From Macrostomum hystrix (lineage: Eukaryota; Animalia; Platyhelminthes), in assembly GCA_950097015.1 (NCBI GenBank), contig CATNEN010000012.1, positions 1 to 64,000 of the forward strand: a stretch of 64,000 bases of DNA. Direction: 5' to 3'. Made by a program: the position numbers and the translations under genes. The notes beneath the pieces are model-generated. The model had not been told where the DNA came from. It saw nothing but the letters and a program-made list of their open reading frames with translations, and made no database searches. Position 1 is the stretch's first letter; the number at the start of each line of letters is the position of its first letter. This document shows, in pieces, positions 48,341 to 59,895 of the stretch.

Positions 48341-49322
48341 TTACTAAGAAATCGCTTCCATGAGACAATACAGGTCTTAGTATCACTTATGGCGCAATAA
48401 TTTATTTGTAAATGTATGCTACATTCCATTTTTTCTTAACCTCATTACTTAATATCAAAGTACGAGTATATTGCCTCGTCTCTTTATATTGTGCCTAATG
48501 CTGCCTGTGGCGTGTTTAATTTTTTAAAGCCAGACCAGGGATGTCCTTATTGACATAATTTCATCATCTCTGTATAGAAACAGCTTGTGCAACGTCCCTC
48601 CTTTTGTAGATCAATACTTCAAATAATACTGCAGTGGCTTCAGATATTGTAAAATAAGAAAATAAATTTGCACGTACAGTTTTTCGATGTATTATTTGAT
48701 AACCGCAGAAATTTAACAAATAATATCTTACAGAGCCTATAGATACACAATTTGAAAGCCAGTTCTGTACTGTACATTCTGCAGGTAGTTTAAAGATGAC
48801 ATCTGCTGCACCAGTGGTAACACATCACACCACTACCCACTCATATATAGCTATAGATTTCCGATTCGGCAGATCTGCACATTTGAGACAATTGAGCATA
48901 TACTTGTCGAGGCATGCCCTCGCGCGGAAAGCTTGGATTTATCTATGATTTAGTCTTCATTTTAGCTGCTCAATGAGTTATTCGCTGCTACAGGTTTTTG
49001 CGTTATGTTCATTCTTTCTTACTTAATGTTCACAGTCCATTGGTGGCGCGACCAGAAAAAAACTGATAACAAAATTTAAAGCCAGGAAAGAAGAAAAAGT
49101 TTAGAGTAGAGTAGAAAAGAAAAACCAAAGTCCCGTTTTGAGCAGACAAATTTATACTAAACATATTTATATTGCCTTCTGGTCACAATTATGACTAAGT
49201 GAAATGAAATCAGTTTAGGAAAGTATATTGAAATATCTTCATTATTACTTTTTTGTTTCTATCGCAGACCGTGCAATGATTAGTTTGCATTTAATTTTAG
49301 CCCAACCACTAGCGGCAACAGT

Positions 49323-52300
49323 ATGAACGGCGTTGAAGGCCAGCGGGCCAAGATTGGCACACTGCGCCGAGCCTTCTGCCTGTTGGCCCTGTTCGATCTG
49401 ATATTCACCTGCATTCTGTGGCTTTTCTATACTCGCTATCTGAATCTGGATCTAAGCAAAGCCATTGTGGACCAGCTGATCAAATACAAATTTACGTCCT
49501 CTGTGTTCGATCTAGTGGTAAGAACGTTTATTGGTTTTCAACTTCTATTTCAAACTAAGTAACTTCAATTTCGCCCGCGGGGAGGCGGGTGCTCGTGTGT
49601 ACCCAGCTAACTAACTAACTAACTAACGCCAGCCGGAGAGACGCCGGGCGAAATTGAAGTTACTTACTTGTAGTTTGAAATAGAAGTTGAAAAACAATAT
49701 TAGCTCTTTAGTGCTGTGTTCACTTCTAGCTACTGCTTTGTTACATATTTCATTTTTAATTATGAACCTATCCACCCTAAGCTACCCTCAGCTGCTCAAC
49801 CCTCCATGATGAACCCTTCTACCCTGAGCTGCTCAACCCTCCATGATGAACCCTTCTACCCTGAGCTGCTCAACCCTTCATGATGAACCCTTCTACCCTG
49901 AGCTGCTCAACCCTCCATGATGAACCCTTCTAACCCTGAGCTGCTCAACCCTCCATGATGAACCCTTCTACCCTGAGCTGCTCAACCCTCCACGATGGGC
50001 CCTTCTACCCTGAGCTGCTCAACCCTCCACGATGGGCCCTTCTACCCTCAGCTGCTCAACCCTTCATGATGAACCCTTCTAACCCTGAGCTGCTCAACCC
50101 TCCATGATGAACCCTTCTACCCTGAGCTGCTCAACCCTCCACGATGGGCCCTTCTACCCTGAGCTGCTCAACCCTTCATGATGAACCCTTCTAACCCTGA
50201 GCTGCTCAACCCTCCATGATGAACCCTTCTACCCTGAGCTGCTCAACCCTCCACGATGGGCCCTTCTACCCTGAGCTGCTCAACCCTTCATGATGAACCC
50301 TTCTAACCCTGAGCTGCTCAACCCTCCATGATAAACCCTTCTACCCTTAGCTGCTCAACCCTCCATGATGAACCCTTCTACCCTTAGCTTCTCAACCCTC
50401 CATGATGAACCCTTCTACCCTGAGCTGCTCAACCCTCCATGATGAACCCTTCTACTCTGAGCTGCTCAACCCTCCATGATGAACCCTTCTACCCTTAGCT
50501 GCTCAACCCTCCATGATGAACCCTTCTACCCTGAGCTGCTCAACCCTCCATGATGAACCCTTCTACCCTAAGCTGCTCAACCCTCCATGATGAACCCTTC
50601 TACCCTGAGCTGCTCAACCCTCCATGATGAACCCTTCTACCCTGAGCTGCTCAACCCTCCATGATGAACCCTTCTACCCTGAGCTGCTCAACCCTCCATG
50701 ATGAACCCTTCTACCCTGAGCTGCTCAACCCTCCATGATGAACCCTTCTACCCTGAGCTGCTCAACCCTCCATGATGAACCCTTCTACCCTGAGCTGCTC
50801 AACCCTCCATGATGAACCCTTCTACCCTGAGCTGCTCAACCCTCCATGATGAACCCTTCTACCCTGAGCTGCTCAGCCCTCCCTGATGAACCCTTCTACC
50901 CTGAGCTGCTCAGCCCTCCATGATGAACCATTGTCCCATAAACTGCTTTAAATCTCCTTTCAGGTGATCTCTTTCGTCCGATTTGTCTTACTAGAAGTGT
51001 TTTATGCAGCATTTCGCATCAAAAGCCCCTGGCTGGTTGCTGTAAGTCCGCCGTACTGTTGTCAGATTTTATAATTATTTTATCTTACTAGAATTTCCTG
51101 TGCATACTACTTTTGCTGCGTGCACGTAGTATTACGGGTCAATATCATTTCGTTTTTATATACTCACTTACGAGATATAATAAATTTAAAGTATTTAATC
51201 ACCCGAAATATTTCAGGTCACAACGGCTCTGTCGACTGCGTTTATTATTTGCAAAATCATTTTGTACGATGTAAGGAAATGTTTAGTAATTTTTTTACTG
51301 TATTACTTAAGCTCCACTATATACGATTGGTTCATTATTGGTTCATTAAGGCAGTCAATTGTCATCAGCAATTGAACTTTTTCATAGTCAGAGTAAATCC
51401 TAGCTTGCTATATCACTGCATACTCAGTAGGGTTTAACGATGCATAATTGAACTGCAGTACACCCACAGTCACGGCGTATTCGACTATCTGCTACCAATT
51501 GTAAGCCTAATGCTTGTCTGGCTTGAGACCTTCTTGCTAGACTGCAAAGTCCTGCCTTCGGAGCGTCGGGCGACGGAATTAGACAACGAGCGCTCGCCGC
51601 TTCTAGGCAGGCAGTCGGACCGGCTGTTCGATAGCAGGGCCGCTGCTACTGCTGATTTCGTCAACGGCTTGTCGCGGCATTCTTACGTTACTTCGGAGGG
51701 CTTTGTGACACCTAATTCGTCGCCAGAGAGTGAGTTGATTAGCCTCTCATCTCATCCTCTCATCTTTATTTTCTTTAATTCCATGACGTGACCAGTCTTT
51801 GTAAAAAAACTGCAGACTCGGACAACGAAGATGCGGCACCCAACGGACTAACTCACAATGCCCAATTATCTATTGCCGGCATCAGTCATGACGAGGTGAA
51901 CCATTTTACCTGTTCAATTCGCAGTTGGGAGAGTTTTTACAATTTTTTTCGAGATCCTGAGATTTAGTAGCCATTCTCTTCCCAGATCCTCAGGTTGAGC
52001 ACCCATTCTTTTCCCCAGATCCTCAGGTTGAGTAGCCATTCTCTTCCCAAATCCTCAGGTTGAGCAGCCATTCTCTTCCCCAGATCCTCAGGTTGAGCAC
52101 CCATTCTTGTCCCCAGATCCTCAGGTTGAGTAGCCATTCTCTTCCCAGATCCTCAGGTTGAGTAGCCATTCTCTTCTCAGATCCTCAGGTTGAGTAGCCA
52201 TTCTCTTCTCAGATCCTCAGGTTGAGTAGCCCTTCTCTTCCCAGATCCTCGGGTTGAGCAACCATTCTTTTCCCCAGATCCTTAGTTTGAGCAGCCATTC

Positions 52301-55300
52301 TCTTCCCAGATCCTCAGTTTGAGCAGCCATTCTCTTCCCAGATCCTCAGGTTGAGCAGCCATTCTCTTCCCAGATCCTCAGATTGAGCAGCCATTCTCTT
52401 CCCAGATCCTCAGGTTGAGCAGCCATTCTCTTCCCAGATCCTCAGGTTGAGTAGCCATTCTCTTCCCAGATCCTCAGGTTGAGTAGCCATTCTCTTCTCA
52501 GATCCTCAGGTTGAGTAGCCATTCTCTTCCCAGATCCTCAGGTTGAGTAGCCATTCTCTTCCCAGATCCTCAGGTTGAGTAGCCATTTTTCCCCAGATCC
52601 TCAGTTTGAGCAGCCATTCTCTTCCCAGATCCTCAGATTGAGCAGCCATTCTCTTCCCAGATCCTCAGATTGAGCAGCCATTCTCTTCCCAGATCCTCAG
52701 GTTGAGCAGCCATTCTCTTCCCAGATCCTCAGGTTGAGCAGCCATTCTCTTCCCAGATCCTCAGATTGAGCAGCCATTCTCTTCCCAGATCCTCAGATTG
52801 AGTAGCCATTCTCTTCTCAGATCCTCAGGTTGAGTAGCCATTCTCTTCCCAGATCCTCAGGTTGAGTAGCCATTTTTCCCCAGATCCTCAGTTTGAGCAG
52901 CCATTCTCTTCCCAGATCCTCAGATTGAGCAGCCATTCTCTTCCCAGATCCTCAGATTGAGCAGCCATTCTCTTCCCAGATCCTCAGGTTGAGCAGCCAT
53001 TCTCTTCCCAGATCCTCAGATTGAGCAGCCATTCTCTTCCCAGATCTTCAGGTTGAGCAGCCATTTTTCCCCAGATCCTCAGTTTGAGCAGCCATTCTCT
53101 TCCCAAATCCTCAGGTTGACCAGCTATTGTTCCCAGATCTTCATTTCCAATACTGAGCCTGTCGTCCTCTGAATATACTCAGTTAAATTCCAGCCTTGAA
53201 ATCTTGAAATCCAACCGGGGCAGAAGGTTGTTTTAAGCTTCGCCCCATTGTCTCACGCCCGCCAGCGTCACCGCCTGTCACTGCGGGCTGCCCGCCTAGC
53301 CGACGAGGCCTGGCAGTGCATGGATGACCCTGACTGGCGCTGCGTCCTGGACCGGCCTCCAGTCCGCGTTCTGTCGCAGCGCTCCCGCCACCGCTCTTCT
53401 GGCAAGGCCTGGCGCCTTGAAACCCCGCTGCCAATGTCTGCGGAGCGAGTGTTCTACGAACTGTGGGATCGAGTCGATCGCCAGGCCGATTGGAATCCCA
53501 CTGTGCAGTTCTCCAGGGTGGTGGCACGACTGGACGCCGACACGGCCATCGTGCACAATGCTACGGCGGAGGCAGGCGGCGGCCTCATCAAAGCGCGTGA
53601 CTTTGTCACTTTGTGCGTCCGGCGAACACGCGAAGGCGGCATTCGCTACACTGGTGGAGTCTCCATCGAGACTGGCCTTGTGCCCCGGCGCGAGGGCTAC
53701 ACCAGAGGGGAGAATTATCCCGCCTGCATTGCCTGCCTGCCGACGGGGCCGGACACTTGCAAACTGGTGTGGACTGTCGACTCCGATATTAAGGTGAGGG
53801 TTCTGGTGTGATGGGAGAGAATGGGATTTCTAGCGATCGAGAATGGGATCTCTAGCTATCTTGAATGGGATTTCTAGTTATCGAGAATGGGATTTCTAGC
53901 TATCGTAAATGGGATTTCTAGTTAACGAGAATGGGATTTCTAGTTATCGAGAATGGGATTTCTAGTTATCGTAAATGGGATTTCTAGTTATCGAGAATGG
54001 GATTTCTAGTTATCGAGAATGGGATTTCTAGTTATCGAGAATGGGATTTCTAGCTATCAAGAATAGGATTTCTAGCTATCGTAAATGGGATTTCTAGTTA
54101 TCGAGCACGGGATTTCTAGCTATCGTAAATGGGATTTCTAGATATCGAGCATGGGATTTCTAGTTATCGAGAATGGATTTCTAGTTATCGAGCACGGGAT
54201 TTCTAGCTATCGAGCATGGGATTTCTAGCTATCGAGCACGGGATTTCTAGCTATCGAGCATGGGATTTCTATTTATCGAGAATAGGATTTTCTAGCTATC
54301 GAGCATGGGATTTCTCGCTATCGAGAATGGGATTTCTAGTTATCGAGAATGGGATTTCTAGTTATCGAGAATGGGATTTTCTAGCTATCGAAAATGTGAT
54401 TTCTAGTTATCGAGAATGGGATTTTCTAGCTATCGAAAATGTGATTTCTAGTTATCGAGAATGGGATTTTCTAGCTATCAAGAATGTGATTACTAGTTAT
54501 CGAGAATGGGATTTCTAGTTATCGAGAATGGGATCTCTAGCTATCTTGAATGGGATTTCTAGTTATCGAGAATGGGATTTCTAGCTATCGTAAATGGGAT
54601 TTCTAGTTAACGAGAATGGGATTTCTAGTTATCGAGAATGGGATTTCTAGTTATCGTAAATGGGATTTCTAGTTATCGAGAATGGGATTTCTAGTTATCG
54701 AGAATGGGATTTCTAGTTATCGAGAATGGGATTTCTAGCTATCAAGAATAGGATTTCTAGCTATCGTAAATGGGATTTCTAGTTATCGAGCACGGGATTT
54801 CTAGCTATCGTAAATGGGATTTCTAGATATCGAGCATGGGATTTCTAGTTATCGAGAATGGATTTCTAGTTATCGAGCACGGGATTTCTAGCTATCGAGC
54901 ATGGGATTTCTAGCTATCGAGCACGGGATTTCTAGCTATCGAGCATGGGATTTCTATTTATCGAGAATAGGATTTTCTAGCTATCGAGCATGGGATTTCT
55001 CGCTATCGAGAATGGGATTTCTAGTTATCGAGAATGGGATTTCTAGTTATCGAGAATGGGATTTTCTAGCTATCGAAAATGTGATTTCTAGTTATCGAGA
55101 ATGGGATTTTCTAGCTATCGAAAATGTGATTTCTAGTTATCGAGAATGGGATTTTCTAGCTATCAAGAATGTGATTACTAGTTATCGAGAATGGGATTTC
55201 TAGTTATCGAGAATGGGATTTCTAGTTATCGAGAATGGGATTTCTAGTTATCGAGAATGGGATTTCTAGCTATCAAGAATGGGATTTCTAGCTATCGTAA

Positions 55301-56900
55301 ATGGGATTTCTAGTTATCGAGAATGGGATTTCTAGTTATCGAGAATGGGATTTCTAGTTATCGAGAATGGGATTTCTAGTTATCGAGAATGGGATTTCTA
55401 GCTATCGTAAATGGGATTTCTAGTTAACGAGAATGGGATTTCTAGTTATCGAGAATGGGATTTCTAGTTATCGAGAATGGGATTTCTAGTTATCGAGAAT
55501 GGGATTTCTAGTTATCGAGAATGGGATTTCTAGTTATCGAGAATGGGATTTCTAGTTATCGAAAATGGGATTTTCTAGCTATCAAGAATGTGATTTCTAG
55601 TTATCGAGAATGGGATTTCTAGTTATCGAGAATGGGATTTCTAGTTATCGAGAATGGGATTTCTAGCTATCGTAAATGGGATTTCTAGTTAACGAGAATG
55701 GGATTTCTAGTTATCGAGAATGGGATTTCTAGTTATCGAGAAAGGGATTTTTAGTTATCGAGAATGGGATTTCTAGTTATCGAAAATGGGATTTCTAGTT
55801 ATCGAGAATGGGATTTCTAGTTATCGAGAATGGATTTCTAGTTATCGAGCACGGGATTTCTAGCTATCGTAAATGGGATTTCTAGTTATCGAGAATGGGA
55901 TTTCTAGTTATCGAGAATGGGATTTCTAGCTATCGAGAATGGGATTTCTAGCTATCGAGAATGGGATTTCTAGCTATCGAGCATGGGATTTCTAGCTATC
56001 AAGAATGTGATTTCTAGTTATCGAGAATGGGATTTCTAGCTATCAAGAATGTGATTTCTAGTTATCGAGAATGGGATTTCTAGCTATCGTGAATGGGATT
56101 TCTAGTTATCGAGAAAGGGATTTTTAGTTATCGAGAATGGGATTTCTAGTTATCGAAAATGGGATTTCTAGTTATCGAGAATGGGATTTCTAGTTATCGA
56201 GAATGGATTTCTAGTTATCGAGCACGGGATTTCTAGCTATCGTAAATGGGATTTCTAGTTATCGAGAATGGGATTTCTAGTTATCGAGAATGGGATTTCT
56301 AGTTATCGAGAAAGGGATTTTTAGTTATCGAGAATGGGATTTCTAGTTATCGAAAATGGGATTTCTAGTTATCGAGAATGGGATTTCTAGTTATCGAGAA
56401 TGGGATTTCTAGCTATCGAGAATGGGATTTCTAGCTATCGAGAATGGGATTTCTAGCTATCGAGCATGGGATTTCTAGCTATCAAGAATGTGATTTCTAG
56501 TTATCGAGAATGGGATTTCTAGCTATCAAGAATGTGATTTCTAGCTATCAAGAATGTGATTTCTAGTTATCGAGAATGGGATTTCTAGCTATCAAGAATG
56601 GGATTTCTAGCTATCAAGAATGTGATTTCTAGCTATCAAGAATGGGATTTCTAGCTATCAAGAATGGGATTTCTAGCTATCGTGAATGGGGGTTTTTCAT
56701 CCTGCTTTATGGTGCATTGACCTCCTTAAACTGGAATCCAACTTCCGTTTGTCATCCCGCAGGGCTGGGTGCCAACCCGGGTCATTGACCAGGCCATGAC
56801 CAGCGTCATGAGCCAGCTGGGCGCCAGCTTGCAGCTTCACGTGAGTCGCATTAGCGCGATAAAAGAGCCGCTAAGTAATTCTAGCCAGCCCATGGTGTGA
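49323..56900 (+). CDS. STARD3: STARD3/MLN64 (MENTAL domain plus START lipid-transfer domain), 7 exons, about 447 aa
   Basis: Exons 49323-49517, 50964-51041, 51217-51270, 51459-51729, 51816-51895, 53266-53793, 56763-56900. GT-AG, phases consistent, 1344 nt. MENTAL motifs RRAFCLLALFDLIF and WLETFLLDCKVLPSE; START motifs DWNPTV, IKARDFVTL, RGEN, DIKGWVP. Confidence 0.93.
49529..49699. mobile_element. MITE / foldback element with about 50-bp terminal inverted repeats and TA ends, at the start of STARD3 intron 1
   Basis: Left arm 49529-49577 is the reverse complement of right arm 49645-49699 (one 6-nt insertion, one mismatch); spacer contains (CTAA)5. Confidence 0.82.
49775..50930. repeat. 37-bp minisatellite (CCCTGAGCTGCTCAACCCTCCATGATGAACCCTTCTA)n, about 31 units, STARD3 intron 1
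   Basis: Period 37 at 50521/50558. Confidence 0.97.
51965..53135. repeat. 32-bp minisatellite (CCAGATCCTCAGGTTGAGCAGCCATTCTCTTC)n, about 36 units, STARD3 intron 5
   Basis: Period 32 at 52321/52353. Confidence 0.97.
53815..56690. repeat. 22-bp satellite (GAGAATGGGATTTCTAGTTATC)n, about 130 units, with a 685-bp block duplication, STARD3 intron 6
   Basis: Period 22; identical 100-aa spurious ORFs at 54216 and 54901. Confidence 0.98.
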
Positions 56901-57704
56901 ACCATTGTGTTTCCCAGCTAATCTGCTGTCTTTCTCCAACACTTGTAAAATCAATTCTTTTTACAAAAGAGTTAAAAAACAAAATCAAAGTTTATGTAAA
57001 TTTTACACGAGTAAGATGTGTCAATATTATGCAACACCTGTGAGCCTCATTTTATGTTATGAAATCATATTTTATAATGTCAAAAGCGTATTTACCTGAA
57101 TGAGATTTGTCTTCAATTTTTAATACCTTCAACGTCATTTATTTTGTTCTGACGTAAATGTTTCGATTCTTACACAATAGCCAGTGATTATCGTTAATGA
57201 ATCCATATTTTAAGCGACTACATATTTTATTAACCTAGTAGGCGTATCGTATTATATTCCTGAATTTTGTAGAACTTTGTTTATAACTGTACTCTTTTAT
57301 TCAGAATTTTACTATTTACGTAAATAATATATGACGTTTTTTACAGTAAGAGCAGACAATTAGAATAACAATAGATTAATTATTAAACAAGCAATTTCTC
57401 TATTTAAATTATTCTCCGGATCTGTCTAATGCGATTTCTTGCTGGCTTTCACAATTATGCGAGATGTAAATAGATTAACTGACAAATTCACTTTGCGTAG
57501 TGCGCAAATTTTCTATTGATATTTTTTTAATTAATTTTTACTGTTTTTTGAATTTTGTTCTTGTCTTTATGTAGTTATAGTTTGTTACAATAACGAAAAT
57601 ATTCGTTTCAGCGGATCCCGCTAAGATCAGATTTACTTTTCACACTAACAGACCAATCAGAATTGATCGAGCTATGAGTCCTCAATAATAACCTACTTCA
57701 GACT

Positions 57705-58260
57705 GTAGACTGACTAGCCAATCAGAGCGAACCAAGCTTAGACTGTAGACTGACTAGCCAATCATAGCGAACTAGGCTTAGACTGTAGACTGACTAGCCA
57801 ATCATAGCGAACCAAGCTTAGACTGTAGACTGACTAGCCAATCATAGCGAACCAAGCTTAGATTGTAGACTGACTAGCCAATCATAGCGAACTAAGCTTA
57901 GATTGTAGACTGACTAGCCAATCATAGCGAACTAAGCTTAGATTGTAGACTGACTAGCCAATCATAGCGAACTAAGCTTAGATTGTAGACTGACTAGCCA
58001 ATCATAGCGAACTAAGCTTAGATTGTAGACTGACTAGCCAATCATAGCGAACTAAGCTTAGATTGTAGACTGACTAGCCAATCATAGCGAACTAAGCTTA
58101 GATTGTAGACTGACTAGCCAATCATAGCGAACTAAGCTTAGATTGTAGACTGACTAGCCAAACATAGCGAACTAAGCTTAGATTGTAGACTGACTTGCAA
58201 ATCATAGCGAAGCAAGCTTAGATTTTAGACTGACTAACAAATCATAGCGAACCTAGCTCA
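57705..58260. repeat. 40-bp minisatellite (GATTGTAGACTGACTAGCCAATCATAGCGAACTAAGCTTA)n, about 13 units
   Basis: Period 40 visible at 57901/57941. Confidence 0.97.
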
Positions 58261-59144
58261 CATCGCAGATTAAGTAATTAAAAACTGTGATGTTCTAAAA
58301 CAGTTTTATCAGTTTACTGAACAGCTACAGTTTAAATGAGTTTAGCTATTTTTTATCGCTACGCTGTATCGATAGAAGCTCATTGGATAATGGCGAAACA
58401 TGATAAACAATTATCTACGAGCTACATGCACTGACTAGAGCATGGCAGCTCACACTTAAGCAATAGTCTACTCCACCTCTTGTCCTATTTGCATGTCTCC
58501 AGACCCACAGACCTCTGGCTATGGGTCAGGGTCAGTTCCCAGGGTGCCAGGGTCAGTTTTCCTGCAGAAATTTTCTAAGCGCAGCTAAAGCTGCAGCAAT
58601 GCCCGCATCTGTGCACACCGACACGGTTGGGGAGTCGCCAGCGACCTAATCCCCACACTCTGAATCCCAGCGGACTTGGTCCACAGTCCCCCCCCCCGCA
58701 GTCGGATAATTGGCATAAAGTGCCTCGCCCAATGCTGGGTAGTGCTGGCCTGACGCCTGGCTCACAGTTGGATAAAAATAGGAATGCGAGAAGTGTCGGC
58801 CTGGCTTAAATTAACTGCCCGCGTGGAACAAGAATTTCACTCGGAAGGAGAAAGACACAGCCGGGCCTGACTTGCCGTGTTCCCGATTGATAATTGGAGA
58901 CGAATGAAGGCTCGCGCGCATATAGATGCAGATTTTGTGTATTGTCGGGTCATTGCCGCTTTTGATACGTTGGTGCAACAATGGAACTGCAGGCATTACG
59001 CATTTGCGAGGATTGGATTTACAACAGCTGGGGAAATGCAAAGAACTATGTGCATTATTGTGTGCGGCTTTCATATTAATACACTATAGCTGTTCAAGCG
59101 TCTGAACCATCAAACAAGTTGCGCGTGCGACTTTAGATCTGACG

Positions 59145-59895
59145 GTGTTCAGTGCGTCTGTTAATTATAACTGTTTTCAGTGCGTCTGTTGGGAGTGTGA
59201 CGGTGTTCAGTGCGTCTGTTGTGAGAGTGACGGTGTTCAGTGCGTCTGTTGGGAGTGTGACGGAGTTCAGTGCGTCTGTTGGGAGTGTGACGGTGTTCAG
59301 TGGTCTGTTGGGAGTGTGACGGTGTTCAGTGGTCTGTTGGGAGTGTGACTGTGTTCAGTGTTTCTGCGGGAGTGTGACGGTGTTCAGTGTTTCTGCGGGA
59401 GTGTGACGGTGTTCAGTGCTTCTGCTGTGAGTGTGACGGTGTTCAGTGCGTCTGTTGGGAGTGTGACGGTGTTCAGTGCGTCTGTTGGGAGTGTGACGGT
59501 GTTCAGTGAGTCTGCGTGGAGTGTGACGGTGTTCAGTGAGTCTGCGTGGAGTGTGACGGTGTTCAGTGAGTCTGCGTGGAGTGTGACGGTGTTCAGTGCG
59601 TCTGTTGGGAGTGTGACGGTGTTCAGTGAGTCTGTTGTGAGTGTGACGGTGTTCAGTGCGTCTGTTGGGAGTGTGACGGTGTTCAGTGCGTCTGTTGGGA
59701 GTGTGACGGTGTTCAGTGAGTCTGTTGTGAGTGTGACGGTGTTCAGTGCGTCTGTTGGGAGTGTGACGGTGTTCAGTGAGTCTGCGTGGAGTGTGACGGT
59801 GTTCAGTGCGTCTGCTGTGAGTGTGACGGTGTTCAGTGCGTCTGCTGCGAGTGTGACGGTGTTCATTGCGTCTGTTGGGAGTGTGACGGTGTTCC
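59145..59895. repeat. 30-bp minisatellite (GAGTGTGACGGTGTTCAGTGCGTCTGTTGG)n, about 25 units
   Basis: Direct periodicity; explains the SVTVFSASVG and NTVTLPTDAL ORFs. Confidence 0.97.

Noticed and set aside
43950-49300. Short AT-rich ORFs between CCDC142 and STARD3 (also 608-1086 and 10478-13055)
   Set aside because: Low-complexity composition and no consistent splice structure or family motif, apart from the terminal anoctamin exon at 12742-12818.
58627-59089. Short ORFs as transposase or retroelement remnants
   Set aside because: No recognisable catalytic or domain motif in any listed frame.
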